Part shown: positions 1 to 9,914 of the stretch, in pieces | How positions within the stretch are numbered: position 1 is the first letter of the stretch | How the letters are laid out: every line of letters begins with the position of its first letter | Assembly (NCBI GenBank): GCA_937944855.1 | Contig: CALFAY010000003.1 | Span: 64,470 to 128,469 of the forward strand | Source of the DNA: an uncultured Planctomycetota bacterium | Lineage (GTDB): Bacteria; Planctomycetota; Planctomycetia; Gemmatales; HRBIN36 | Reading direction: 5' to 3' | DNA: 64,000 nt | Translations under genes and position numbers: made by a program | Notes under the pieces: generated by a model | What the model saw: the letters and a program-made list of their open reading frames with translations, nothing else | Told to the model about the DNA's origin: nothing | Databases searched by the model: none

Positions 1-1
1 C

Positions 2-247
2 GAAAACCAGACAGATCGTTTGTTCTTCGATCTCGACAACGCCCACTGGATCGCCGAGTGCCTGCCCTCCGAAGTGGTTCCCTTCCGCACCGAGGGGAAG
101 GTGACGGACCTGTGGGACAAAGGCATCACGCTTTTCGCTCACCTGGAACATCCCGACGACGCCTCCGGCCCGCCGTGGGCTTTGGTCTGGCTCGTCACGC
201 TGTTGGGCGGCGAGTGGCTGACGCGGAAACTCCTGAAACTTGCTTGA
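2..247 (+). CDS. C-terminal end of a gene starting upstream of the window (hypothetical envelope/membrane protein)
   Basis: Frame is open from nt 2 with no stop. It ends ...LVTLLGGEWLTRKLLKLA with TGA at 245-247. It runs in the same direction as, and directly abuts, the next gene. Confidence 0.5.
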   Translation, partial: ENQTDRLFFDLDNAHWIAECLPSEVVPFRTEGKVTDLWDKGITLFAHLEHPDDASGPPWALVWLVTLLGGEWLTRKLLKLA

Positions 248-275
248 GCGATACGCGAACCGTACGGTGGACGAT

Positions 276-3200
276 ATGGCGACCGCAATTCCTCCCGCAG
301 CAACCCGAGCGGATCGGTTTCTGAACTTCGAGCAACCGCTCCGGCAACTGGGTCAGGCGATTCGCACGTATGTGATTTTCGAAGGCATCGCCCTAGCCGT
401 GATCTTCGTGGCCGCCTGGATCGGCACGGTGTTACTGCTCGACTGGGGAACCTTCGCTCTGTTCGGCATCGACTTCCTGCGGGAAGTGCCCGAGAGCCTG
501 CATCTGGGCGTTCGCTGGGTCTTTCTGGGCATTCTGCTGGCTGGACTGGCCTTCGTCCTGGGCTACAAGGTCGCTTACCGCTTGTTGGTGCCGTTTCGTC
601 CCGCGGCGTTGGCCCTGCTGTTGGAACGGCGTTTTCCCCAGGTGCTCCAGGACCGCCTCGTAACCGCCGTCGAGTTGGCAGACCTCGGCGCTGTTGCTGA
701 GATGGGCTACTCGCCGGAGATGGTCGCGGCCACGGCCCGCAGCGCGGCTGCCAAAGTGGAGGAAGTGCCGCTGCTTCGGGTCTTCAACTGGACGCGGCTG
801 CAACGCCTGATGTCCGTGGCGGCGGTCGGAACGGCCGGGGTCTTGGTCCTGGCTCTGTTGGCCACCGATACCTTCGCCCGCTTCGTCGAGCGCGATCTGA
901 TGCTTCGCTCCGTGTACTGGCCGCAGCCCATCATGCTTGACGTGGTCGGCTTCGCCCAGAGCGAGCGGAAGGCCGTCCCGCATGGCGGCGATCTGCGGAT
1001 CACTGTGCGGGCCTACCGTTTCGTTGTTGCTGATGCTTCGCATCCTGAAGGCTGGCGTCCCCTGGCCTGGCCGGATGTAATCCCGGACCTGGGCGACGGC
1101 AGGACGTCCTCGCCTCCGTGGGAACTGCGACGATTGGCTGTCTCTCGGGAACTGTGGCAGTCGTTGCCGGACGCTTGGCGGTCCCTGACTCTCGACGAGT
1201 TGGCCTCCCGTGTGCATGGCACGGGTCAGGCGTCCGAAGAGGATTCCCCTGCTGCCGTCGATGCCGAACTTGGTTTCGTCCTGATTGACCACCTTCGAGA
1301 CCGGCTTGGCAGCTCCTTAACCGGCGCCGCAGAGCCGCTTGACCCTGAATTGCAGGCGTTCCTACCGGAAGCTTGGCGGACCCTTCCTGGCGAGGAAGCT
1401 GGCGAACTGCTCCGGGCCGTAAAGACTCTCAAGCCTGCCGAAGCCGCTCGACTGATCACTCTGCTTCGGGGAACGGCCTGGACGGCGGCGGACGGCGTGC
1501 AGTTGCTCAACGCCGCACTGGGTCTCGGGGTGCCTCCGGTCGTGACGGCTGGGACCGCGCAGGAGATCCTCCAGCGGCTCGATCCGCAGGCTAGGCCCTT
1601 GCTTCTGAGCGACAGCGACCTGGAATTGCTGCCCAAGTCGTGGCGGAATCTGTCCGGCGGAGAGATCGAGGATCGCCTGGTCGCGTTCGTCGGGGAACAC
1701 ACGCTGGAGTCCTTCGGCGCTCGGATGCGGCACCGCCTGAGCCGATTGGTTGACGACCTGCAAGCGTGTGCCAACCTCTCCCACATTGGACGCCGACGCT
1801 ACTTCCGGACCTTGCGAATCCCCGACGAGGTCACGGTCGAGTTCGAACAGCTGCTCACGGAGGAGGAACGAGGGCAGCTCAAGCCGCGTCTGGGCAAACC
1901 CCGGGTCCGTCGTCAGTTGCACAGCAATGAGTTCCTGTACGAGTTCAAAAAGATCGACAGGCCGATGCGGTTCCGCGTCGTGGCGGATTCAGTGGCCACT
2001 GCCTGGAGACGGATCGACGTCAAGGAGCTTCCCGCCCTGCGGAGACTGACGCGGACGCAGAAAGAACTTGGTTACCTGCACGGCAGCAATGCGCGGGTTC
2101 CCGTCGGCCCCTTGCCCGTATCGCTGGAGGGCGAGGAATCGCTGATCGAAGTTCCCAGCGGAACGTTGATCGAGTTTGAGGGCGTCAGTCAAAAACCCCT
2201 CCGTTGGGTTCGCATCGCGCTGCCGGGACAGGCGGAACATCAGACCTGGAGCAAGTGTGCCGCGACGGCCCTGGCCTCGGTGACGCTCGGCCCTGCTGCT
2301 CCGCCAGCCGTTGTGGGGGGCCTCGGGCTGACCTCCTTCATGGAACGGAGCAATCCCTTCGTCCGCTCCCTGGAACACGTGCCCGCGGCGGCGGATTTTC
2401 GCTTTGCCCTGCACGAACTGGCGGCCGACGATTTGAAACTCGAGATCCAGTTCGAGGACGAGGACGGCATCGTGGCCGGACGTCGGCTCCTGCTTCGCGT
2501 CGTCACCGACCGCGAGCCGGAGTTCAAACGCGCCCAACCCGAAATCGTCCGCCGAAAGATGATAACCCCCTTGGCCGTGATTCCCTTCAGCGGACATCTC
2601 CACGACGATCACGGATTGCTGTCCGCGGCCTACGAAGTCACCGTGGAGCAGGTGGATCGCAAGGTCGTTAAGAAGGAATCGTTCCCGATGCGGCGTTTCC
2701 GTCCGCTGCGGTTGCCGGACGAGCCGCCCGATGATCTGGTCTTCGAAAAGCGAGCCGACGTCAGACCAGCACGCTTGCTTCTCGGCCCCTGGGGAGAACA
2801 ACTGACCACCGCTCGAACCGTGGCGCTTTTGCCCCTGGCAGGACCGCTGGTCTTCGCTCAACCTCCGGTCCTCGAAACTGTTCAGGACTATGTCTTCGAG
2901 TTTCAGGTCCGTTCCGGCACCGAGCCGGTGCTCGTTCCCGACGATGAGTTCTTCGACACCCTTCTGCTGCGGGAACAGCCGAACTTCGCGGTGCCGGCTG
3001 AGTCCAGTCCCGCTCCCTTGTCAGTCCCGTATCGGCTGACGGTGAGGCTGATCGCCCAGGACAACCGAGTGCTCACGGGACCCGACGGCCGACCGCAAGC
3101 CGCTCCCCAGCAGGGACGCAGCGCGGAGACGTTCGACTTCCTGGTCGTTTCCGAGGAAGAACTGCTCATCGAAAACAACAAGCGCGAGGAGGATCTGCGC

Positions 3201-3785
3201 GACCGCTGCGAAACCATTATCGCCGCCATCCAGAAGGGCCGGATGTCGATCCTGAAACGCTTGCGCGACGATTTCGACGCGGAATTCAAAATTGGCGACC
3301 GGGTTTACGACTTCCGCCGAGCGGCTGCCGATGCCTCCGACATGCAAAAGCTGCTGCTCGAAAACCAACTGGCGCTGGATGTCGAGGTTTCCAAGGCCTT
3401 CCGCGAGATTTATCGGGAACTGGTGCTGAACCGCTGCAAAGAGCAGGTGGTGGACCGGATCGACAAGCGGATCTGTCGGCCCCTGGAAAGCATCGTCCTG
3501 CCCGGGCAGCACTTCGACCGCGCTCAGAGAAGCTGCGAGGAGTTGGCCCGACGGCTCCAGAGCGAAACCTCGGCGACGCCGCGGGCTGCGGTCGAAGAGG
3601 CCATCGAGCGAACGGATCAGCTGGTGCAGAGATTGGAGGAGATCCTGGCCGAGATGCGGAAGCTCATCGAGTTCAATCAGGCCCTGAAAGTCCTCCAGGA
3701 AATCATCGACAAGCAGCGGGAGATCCTGGAGGCGATCCGCAAAAAGGAACGGGAAGAGCGGTTGAGGGAGCTTCAGGACAAGTGA
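276..3785 (+). CDS. large (about 1170 aa) N-terminally membrane-anchored hypothetical protein, DUF4175-like architecture
   Basis: First ATG of ORF 240..3785. Two hydrophobic helices lie near the N-terminus (IFEGIALAVIFVAAWIGTVLLL, VFLGILLAGLAFVLGY), followed by the LALLLERRFPQVLQDRLVTAVEL segment. The C-terminus is charged coiled-coil (EILAEMRKLIEFNQALKVLQEIIDKQREILEAIRKKEREE). The family name is from memory and tentative. Confidence 0.75.
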   Translation: MATAIPPAATRADRFLNFEQPLRQLGQAIRTYVIFEGIALAVIFVAAWIGTVLLLDWGTFALFGIDFLREVPESLHLGVRWVFLGILLAGLAFVLGYKVAYRLLVPFRPAALALLLERRFPQVLQDRLVTAVELADLGAVAEMGYSPEMVAATARSAAAKVEEVPLLRVFNWTRLQRLMSVAAVGTAGVLVLALLATDTFARFVERDLMLRSVYWPQPIMLDVVGFAQSERKAVPHGGDLRITVRAYRFVVADASHPEGWRPLAWPDVIPDLGDGRTSSPPWELRRLAVSRELWQSLPDAWRSLTLDELASRVHGTGQASEEDSPAAVDAELGFVLIDHLRDRLGSSLTGAAEPLDPELQAFLPEAWRTLPGEEAGELLRAVKTLKPAEAARLITLLRGTAWTAADGVQLLNAALGLGVPPVVTAGTAQEILQRLDPQARPLLLSDSDLELLPKSWRNLSGGEIEDRLVAFVGEHTLESFGARMRHRLSRLVDDLQACANLSHIGRRRYFRTLRIPDEVTVEFEQLLTEEERGQLKPRLGKPRVRRQLHSNEFLYEFKKIDRPMRFRVVADSVATAWRRIDVKELPALRRLTRTQKELGYLHGSNARVPVGPLPVSLEGEESLIEVPSGTLIEFEGVSQKPLRWVRIALPGQAEHQTWSKCAATALASVTLGPAAPPAVVGGLGLTSFMERSNPFVRSLEHVPAAADFRFALHELAADDLKLEIQFEDEDGIVAGRRLLLRVVTDREPEFKRAQPEIVRRKMITPLAVIPFSGHLHDDHGLLSAAYEVTVEQVDRKVVKKESFPMRRFRPLRLPDEPPDDLVFEKRADVRPARLLLGPWGEQLTTARTVALLPLAGPLVFAQPPVLETVQDYVFEFQVRSGTEPVLVPDDEFFDTLLLREQPNFAVPAESSPAPLSVPYRLTVRLIAQDNRVLTGPDGRPQAAPQQGRSAETFDFLVVSEEELLIENNKREEDLRDRCETIIAAIQKGRMSILKRLRDDFDAEFKIGDRVYDFRRAAADASDMQKLLLENQLALDVEVSKAFREIYRELVLNRCKEQVVDRIDKRICRPLESIVLPGQHFDRAQRSCEELARRLQSETSATPRAAVEEAIERTDQLVQRLEEILAEMRKLIEFNQALKVLQEIIDKQREILEAIRKKEREERLRELQDK

Positions 3786-3861
3786 TCGGCCCAGGAACGA
3801 TGGGCCGAGGACGGTTGGCTTTAAGAAACTTTTCCCGGAAAAGGTTGTTTGAAGACTGGGG

Positions 3862-3906
3862 GAATGCCGTTTACAGTTAGAAGAGGGAACGGCGTTCGTC
3901 TTTGTG
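3862..3906 (+). terminator. hairpin plus U-rich tail between the first two genes of the array (possible attenuator/terminator)
   Basis: GAATGCCGTT (3862-3871) pairs with AACGGCGTTC (3888-3897) in a 10-bp stem with one G-U pair and a 16-nt loop, followed by GTCTTTGTG. Confidence 0.3.
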
Positions 3907-4000
3907 AGCGTGGGGCTTGTGGACGGTTCCCTGGCGGGTGTCGGGGTTCGCAGGGCAGTTGACGACTGGCACGAGAACCTTGGGTTCGGAGGTTGTGACG

Positions 4001-5674
4001 ATGATCCCTCGGCTTGCGGGTGCATGGCTGATCCTGACGGCCGGAATCGTGCTGGTGGCGTATGCCCAGGATCCGGCCCGGCCTGTTGCTGCGGACGGAA
4101 ACCAACCGACCGCGACCACGCCTTCCGCAGAGCAAGCCCAGCTTGCCAGCCGATACCGACAACTCGAAGAAACCCTTCTGCGGATCGCCCAGAAATTGGA
4201 AAAGCGGGGACCTGAAGACCGCAACAAGGCCCGTCTGATCTATCGTGCCCTCCGCGAGGCCAAGGAGAAAGGCATCGCCGTCAACCTCGCCGAGTTGGCA
4301 GAAGACCTCAAGAAGCCCGCCCTGAAAGACCTCTCCGCCGCCATTGCTAAGGGAACGATTGTCGAAGAGGATTTGCGTCGCATCCTTAACCTGCTTCTGG
4401 CTGACGAGGAGGAAGACAGCAACAAGAAGGAAATCGAGTTCCTCAAGGAACTGGTCAAGGACCTGGAAAAGGCGATCCGGGACCAGAAGACCGCCATCGC
4501 TAAAAACGCCAGCCCCAGCGTGGATAACGAGGCCGCCGGCAAAGCCCAACAGGTCGCTACCCGCCAGGCCGAGGACATCCTCAAGAAGATCAAGAGATTC
4601 GAGGATGCCAAGAAGGGCGCCCAAACCAAGGCCGATGGTGCCAAGCCCTCCGACCGGAATCAGGGCGAGGGCAAAGGTCAGGGTGAAGGCAAAGGTGAGG
4701 GCAAAGGCGAAGGCAAGGGGGAAGGCGAAGGGAAGGGAGAAGGTAAAGGCGAGGGGAAAGGCCAGGGCGAGGGCCAAGGTGAAGGAAAAGGCCAAGGTCA
4801 GGGACAGGGCCAGGGTCAAGGTCAGGGCCAGGGGCAGGAGGGTGAAGGCGGCTTTCCGGGTCGGGAAAAGATCCAGGATGCCAACGATTACCAGAAGCGA
4901 GCCGAAGACAAGATCGCCAAGAATCAACGCCCCGATGCCGGCAACGACCAGCAGGAGGCCAAGGACCGCCTGGAACAAGCCAAGAAGCGGCTGGAAGAAA
5001 TCCTCCGGCAGATGCGCGAGGAAGAGCAGGAACGCATCCTGGCCGACCTGCTCCAGCGTTGTGAGAAGATGCTCCAGATGCAGGAGATCGTTTACGACAA
5101 CACCAAGAAAATCCATGAACGCATCGAAGCCACGTCGGACAAGAAGCCGTCGCGGGAAGAGGAAATCGCGGCCCGCCGTCAGTCCGACAAGGAGGACGAA
5201 ATCGTCCTCGAAGCGGACAAGGCCCTGACGCTGCTGGAAACCGAGGGCACTTCCGTAGCATTCGTCGAGGTGTTGCAGCAGGTCCGCAACGATATGGTCC
5301 ATGTTTCCCGCCGCCTGGCCAAGGCCGACGTCGGCCCCGAAACCCAGACCATCGAGGAAGACATCATCGCTACGCTCAAAGAAATGATCGAAGCCCTCAA
5401 ACGTCAGCTCCAGGAGTCGCGGGAGCGACGCAACAATCCGCCGTCTCAGGGAGGAGGCGATCAGCTTCAAAGTTTGATTGACCTGCTGGCGGAATTGAAG
5501 ATGATCAAAGCGATGCAGGTGCGCGTGTACAACCGCACGGTGCTGTGGGGCAAACGCTACCAGGGCGAGTTGGCGCGCGATCCCGACATCATCACCGAAT
5601 TGAAGGACTTGGCGATCCGGCAGAACCGTATTTATCAGATCACGGATAACATCGTGAAAGGGAGAAACCGATGA
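4001..5674 (+). CDS. secreted coiled-coil protein with central (G-E/Q-G-K/Q)n low-complexity spacer
   Basis: ATG at 4001 is preceded by GGAGGT. Signal-peptide-like MIPRLAGAWLILTAGIVLVAYAQD. Long charged helical regions. The stop overlaps the next start (ATGA at 5671-5674). Confidence 0.8.
   Translation: MIPRLAGAWLILTAGIVLVAYAQDPARPVAADGNQPTATTPSAEQAQLASRYRQLEETLLRIAQKLEKRGPEDRNKARLIYRALREAKEKGIAVNLAELAEDLKKPALKDLSAAIAKGTIVEEDLRRILNLLLADEEEDSNKKEIEFLKELVKDLEKAIRDQKTAIAKNASPSVDNEAAGKAQQVATRQAEDILKKIKRFEDAKKGAQTKADGAKPSDRNQGEGKGQGEGKGEGKGEGKGEGEGKGEGKGEGKGQGEGQGEGKGQGQGQGQGQGQGQGQEGEGGFPGREKIQDANDYQKRAEDKIAKNQRPDAGNDQQEAKDRLEQAKKRLEEILRQMREEEQERILADLLQRCEKMLQMQEIVYDNTKKIHERIEATSDKKPSREEEIAARRQSDKEDEIVLEADKALTLLETEGTSVAFVEVLQQVRNDMVHVSRRLAKADVGPETQTIEEDIIATLKEMIEALKRQLQESRERRNNPPSQGGGDQLQSLIDLLAELKMIKAMQVRVYNRTVLWGKRYQGELARDPDIITELKDLAIRQNRIYQITDNIVKGRNR
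4664..4852 (+). repeat. in-frame purine-rich tandem repeat encoding GEGKGQGEGKGEGKGEGKGEGEGKGEGKGEGKGQGEGQGEGKGQGQGQGQGQGQGQEGEGG
   Basis: Imperfect 6/12-nt periodic GGC/GAG/GGC/AAA units read directly in the sequence. It lies inside CDS 4001..5674. Confidence 0.9.
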
Positions 5675-6702
5675 GCCGTCTGACTGCGTTGGCCCTGGCG
5701 GCCTGCTGTGTGGTAGGGATAGGAACAGCCCAGGTCTGGCTTGACGCGGCTCACGGGGCCGATCCGATCTTCGGCGTCATTCGCGCACCGACCCTGGAAC
5801 AGGCCAAACAACAGACCTTCGAGACTCTGACCGCGCTTAAGGCGGATGCCGCGGCCCTCCAGAAAATCGAGCCGCTGTGGAATACGCTCGACGACCGCGG
5901 CTTGCTTGACCGCGTCGCCGAGAGCTTCGCCGCCGCCGATCCCCGGGTTGCTGAGCTGCTCTTGAGCGTGCGTTCGCCGTCCTCGCCGGGCACCGTCCCG
6001 GAACTCCTGAAGGATTCCGGGCTGCCGGTGTTCTTCCGGGCCAACGTCGGCCTGGCTTACGCCCGACATCTGGTTAATCGCCGGGTCAATGAGGAAGCGC
6101 TGGAAATCCTCCGCTCCGTTCGGCCCGAACAGGTGGTCGATCCCGCAGCGTACTACTTTTACAAGGCCGTTGCTGAGAATCGCCTGCTGCTCAAGGAAGA
6201 AGGCTTGCAGTCGCTGGATCGGCTGTCGAAGACCGTGGCCGATGTGCCGGAACGCTACCTTGTCCTGGCCGATCTGATGCGCCGGGAGATGCAGAACTGG
6301 AAGGACAAGGACCTCAGCTACGTCGCCCGCCGCATGGAAGAAGTCGAAAGCCGTCTCGACAACGCCCGCGGCGGCCCCAAGACGCAGGCCAAGCAGAAGG
6401 AGATCATTGACCTGCTCGACAAGCAAATCGAGGAACTGGAAGCGCAGTGCCAGGCCATGTGTGCCTCCAGTAGCTCCGCCAATCGTTCCAACGCTCCGCT
6501 GCCGGACAGCCGCATCATGGGCGGTGCCGGTCCCGGCAACGTGGACAAGAAGAAGCTGCTGAAGACTCTCGAAGTCTGGGGCAAGCTCCCGGAGAAGGAG
6601 AAGGTCAAGGCCCTGGAGGCCATCAAGCGCGACCTGCCGCCTTATTACCAGGAGGCCATCGAAGGCTATCTCAAGGAACTGGCCCGCGGCACCCAGAAGT
6701 GA
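5671..6702 (+). CDS. secreted hypothetical protein (helical; C-terminal LPPYYQEAIEGYLKELA motif)
   Basis: Translationally coupled to the upstream gene. Signal-like MSRLTALALAACCVVGIGTAQV. Coding-like composition throughout. Confidence 0.8.
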   Translation: MSRLTALALAACCVVGIGTAQVWLDAAHGADPIFGVIRAPTLEQAKQQTFETLTALKADAAALQKIEPLWNTLDDRGLLDRVAESFAAADPRVAELLLSVRSPSSPGTVPELLKDSGLPVFFRANVGLAYARHLVNRRVNEEALEILRSVRPEQVVDPAAYYFYKAVAENRLLLKEEGLQSLDRLSKTVADVPERYLVLADLMRREMQNWKDKDLSYVARRMEEVESRLDNARGGPKTQAKQKEIIDLLDKQIEELEAQCQAMCASSSSANRSNAPLPDSRIMGGAGPGNVDKKKLLKTLEVWGKLPEKEKVKALEAIKRDLPPYYQEAIEGYLKELARGTQK

Positions 6703-6809
6703 GGCCGGCGATTGTTGTGCGTGGAGATTCCTGACAGGCCGTCCGGGGCGGCACGGCAACCGCCGTGAACCTCCCGACGGCCTGTTCCGTTTCAGAGCCT
6801 GAGTACACA

Positions 6810-8051
6810 ATGCTGTCGCTGTCGCTTTGCCTGGCATCGCTGATCTTTCTTGCCGATCCCGACCCTGCCTCTGACCGGGGTGCCGTTCACACCCTGACCC
6901 GGCTAGACGGGACCGTGCAACGCCTCGAAGTCCTCGAACTGGGAGCGCAGCGGCTCCGGGTTCGGCAAGATGGACAAGAAACCCACACCGAAACCACGGA
7001 CCTGCTCGCCGTCGTTTTGCAACCGGCCCATCCGACGCCCTTCGCCGGGCCGTACCTCGAAGTCCGCCTTGTGGACGACGCCTTTTTCCGCTGTGCCGCC
7101 GTCGGTTTCCGCGGCAAACAGGTCGAACTGCGTTTGTTCAATGGGCTGAAAGTCGAATGCCCTCTGGATGCGCTGCGGAGCCTGCTGTGCGATGCTCAGG
7201 ACGAAGCCAATCGGGCCGAGTTCAAACAGCTCATGGAACGCAACACGCCTTTCGACCGGCTCCGGCTGGCCAGTCGGGACGGTACGACGATCAACACCTT
7301 CGAGGGCATCGTCGGGGATGCCGACGAAGAGGGCCGCTCGATCCGCTTTAAGACCGAGGATACGACGGCCAACATCGCTTTGAATCGTGTCCGGGGGATC
7401 ATCTTCCATCGCCGCATCGAACCAGGCGCGTTTCAGCCGGTGTGCCGAATTGTGGATGTGTTCCAGAACGTCATTCCGGCCAAAGAGATCAGCCAGAGCA
7501 GTGAGGTGCTGCATGTGACGACCCCGGCAGGCGTTCGAGTGGTCCTGCCCGTGGAGCTGGTGCAGCAGGTGGATTACAGCCCTGGCAAGCTGGCCTATTT
7601 GTCCGATCTGGAACCGACGCTCAAGGAGTTCCGTTTCGGGGTGAAGGAGGACCTGCTGCGTTCGCTGCCGGAGAAATACGGGCGGGACACCACGCTGTTT
7701 GCCGGTCAGAATGGCTCCTCCCGGCAGATTCGCATCGGCGGTCGGATCTTCGCCAGGGGCCTCAACGTCCATTCGCCGACCGTTCTGGAATTCGACGTCA
7801 CCGGCTATAAGTGGTTCCGCTGCGTTCTGGGCATGGATGACGGCGTGGCGCGACCGGGCCGGGCGGGGGTGCGGATCGAAGGCGACGGTCGGGAATTGTT
7901 CAGCACCCTTGTTGCCGGCGGCGACAGGCCGAAAGAGTTGGAAATCAAGATCACGGGAGTTCGCCGTCTGCGGCTGGTCGTGGATCGCGGCGACGATGAC
8001 GACGAACTGGGCGATCACGTCAGCTTCGGCGATGCCCGGGTCACCAAATAA
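6810..8051 (+). CDS. secreted protein with C-terminal NPCBM/NEW2-like domain
   Basis: ATG at 6810 gives the signal-like MLSLSLCLASLIFLA. The C-terminus GRIFARGLNVHSPTVLEFDVTGYKWFRCVLGMDDGV...VRIEGDGRELF...RRLRLVVDRGDDDDELGDHVSFGDARV matches the NPCBM pattern (G..vha.s...y.l.g.y..F.a.vG.DD...V.F.V..DG...L.L.v....g...D...w..A.l). Confidence 0.7.
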   Translation: MLSLSLCLASLIFLADPDPASDRGAVHTLTRLDGTVQRLEVLELGAQRLRVRQDGQETHTETTDLLAVVLQPAHPTPFAGPYLEVRLVDDAFFRCAAVGFRGKQVELRLFNGLKVECPLDALRSLLCDAQDEANRAEFKQLMERNTPFDRLRLASRDGTTINTFEGIVGDADEEGRSIRFKTEDTTANIALNRVRGIIFHRRIEPGAFQPVCRIVDVFQNVIPAKEISQSSEVLHVTTPAGVRVVLPVELVQQVDYSPGKLAYLSDLEPTLKEFRFGVKEDLLRSLPEKYGRDTTLFAGQNGSSRQIRIGGRIFARGLNVHSPTVLEFDVTGYKWFRCVLGMDDGVARPGRAGVRIEGDGRELFSTLVAGGDRPKELEIKITGVRRLRLVVDRGDDDDELGDHVSFGDARVTK

Positions 8052-8078
8052 CCCTGTGCCACGAAGGATACCGCTGCT

Positions 8079-9914
8079 ATGAAAGCGTGGACGTTTGCGA
8101 CTCTGTCCGCCACAGTGCTTCTGACGGCCCTGGCCGCTCGAACCGGGGCCGTGCCGCCGGTCATCGCTGAGGCCGAGGCCCGCCGTCTGGCCGCCATCGA
8201 AAAAGTCCGCGGCTCGGTGGTGGCGATCTTCGGTCGGGGCGGAGGCGGAGGCGGTTCCGGCGTGCTCATCTCTCCGGACGGCTACGCTTTGACCAATTTC
8301 CACGTCGTGCAACCGGCGGGGAAGTTCATGAAGTGCGGCCTGGCCGACGGCGTGCTCTACGATGCCGTCTTGGTCGGACTGGATCCGGTCGGCGACGTCG
8401 CCCTCATCAAGCTCTTGCCCCAAGAGCCGAACAAGCCGTTCCCCTTCGCCGCCATGGGCGACAGCGACAAGGTCCGCATCGGCGATTGGGTCCTGGCGAT
8501 GGGCAATCCGTTCCTGTTGGCCACGGATTTCACGCCTACCATCACCTACGGCCTGGTCAGCGGAGTCAATCGCTACCAGTACCCCGCCGGCACGATCCTG
8601 GAGTACACCGACTGCATCCAGATCGACGCCTCGATCAACCCGGGCAACAGCGGTGGCCCGCTCTTCAATCTCGACGGGGAAATCATCGGGATCAACGGCC
8701 GCGGCTCGTTCGAGAAGCGTGGACGGGTCAACTCTGGCGTCGGCTACGCGATCTCGATCAACCAGATCAAGAACTTTCTGGGGCACCTCAAGGGCGGGCT
8801 GCTGGTGGACCATGCCACGCTCGGGGCCGTCGTCCGCACCGACGAAGAAGGCCGGCTCGTCGTCCGGCAGATCCTGGAGAGCAGCGACGCCCATCGGCGC
8901 GGTCTGGACGTGGACGATGAGTTGGTTTCCTTCGCCGGTCGGCCCATGACCAGCGTGAACCAGTTCAAGAACGTGCTGGGAATCTATCCCAAGGGCTGGC
9001 GGTTGCCTCTGGTCTATCGGCGGACCGACGAGGAGCGAAACACCACGACGACGCACCAGGTGTTGGTTCGGTTGCTCGGCGTCGGCGTGGATCGGCAATT
9101 GGAAGAGCGCCAGCCGCGACCCATTCCAGGTCAGCCTCCCGAGCCGCCTCAACCAGGCCAGCCGCGTCGGCCTCCCGGCCAGCCGCCCACGCCGCCCGAA
9201 GATGCCGAGGACAAGCCGGAGGAGAAAGCGCCAAGCCCGGCTGCCAAGTTCTACGAGGAAAAGAAGGGCTTCGCCAATTACTACTTCAACCGCCTGGAAC
9301 GGGACCGGCTGATGGCCGAGGTCAAGAAACTCGGCGACTTCAGCGGAGTCGGCGAAGCTTGGCGGATCGAAGGCGAGCGCGTGCAACCGGTCAAGGACGC
9401 CTTCGCCGCCGTCGTCCGGCAAGGTCAGGTCCGGTTGACCCTGGGCGAGCAGGAATACGCTCTGGAACCGCTCAAGCCGGGCGAATCGCTGACCAATCTC
9501 CGTGAACCCCGCGACAGCGGCGGGTTGATGGCCGCGCTGTACGTCTGGCGTCGCTTCCTGGAAAAGGGACCGGAGGGCTTTGAGATCGACTTCCATTACG
9601 GCGGTTACGAGCCGTTCTACTCGGACGGCACGGCTCCCAGCCGCGTCGATTGCGAAGTGCTTGTTGCCGAACATGGTCCGTTCTACGCCAAGTGGTATTT
9701 CCGCCGCACTGACGGCCAGTTGATCGGCATGGAAACCTATACGGAAAAGGACCATGATCCCTGCGAGATCACTTTCAGCGACTACCGGGATGTCGATGGC
9801 CGCAAATTGCCGCATCGCCTCGAAGTCCGTCATGCGGGGAAGGATTTCGGCATCTTCGTCATCAAGTCCCATGACCTTAAGACGGCATCTGATTCCAAGG
9901 AGAAGCAGCCTTGA
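8079..9914 (+). CDS. HtrA/DegP-like S1C serine protease with PDZ domain and Pro-rich linker plus unknown C-terminal domain; catalytic triad intact
   Basis: Signal peptide present. His in GYALTNFHVV, Asp in GDVALIKL, Ser in NPGNSGGPLFN. PDZ-like VVRQILESSDAHRRGLDVDDELVSFAG. Confidence 0.9.
   Translation: MKAWTFATLSATVLLTALAARTGAVPPVIAEAEARRLAAIEKVRGSVVAIFGRGGGGGGSGVLISPDGYALTNFHVVQPAGKFMKCGLADGVLYDAVLVGLDPVGDVALIKLLPQEPNKPFPFAAMGDSDKVRIGDWVLAMGNPFLLATDFTPTITYGLVSGVNRYQYPAGTILEYTDCIQIDASINPGNSGGPLFNLDGEIIGINGRGSFEKRGRVNSGVGYAISINQIKNFLGHLKGGLLVDHATLGAVVRTDEEGRLVVRQILESSDAHRRGLDVDDELVSFAGRPMTSVNQFKNVLGIYPKGWRLPLVYRRTDEERNTTTTHQVLVRLLGVGVDRQLEERQPRPIPGQPPEPPQPGQPRRPPGQPPTPPEDAEDKPEEKAPSPAAKFYEEKKGFANYYFNRLERDRLMAEVKKLGDFSGVGEAWRIEGERVQPVKDAFAAVVRQGQVRLTLGEQEYALEPLKPGESLTNLREPRDSGGLMAALYVWRRFLEKGPEGFEIDFHYGGYEPFYSDGTAPSRVDCEVLVAEHGPFYAKWYFRRTDGQLIGMETYTEKDHDPCEITFSDYRDVDGRKLPHRLEVRHAGKDFGIFVIKSHDLKTASDSKEKQP

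Noticed and set aside
6903-9872. Very long antisense ORFs: 6903..9872 (989 aa), 10681..13794 (1037 aa), 18186..20723 (845 aa), 27420..29273 (617 aa), 61746..63479 (577 aa), 3821..5470 (549 aa) and others.
   Set aside because: Each lies opposite a gene with clear family motifs. Their translations are Arg/Gly/Ala/Pro-rich with no recognisable motifs, as expected for stop-poor shadow frames in high-GC DNA.
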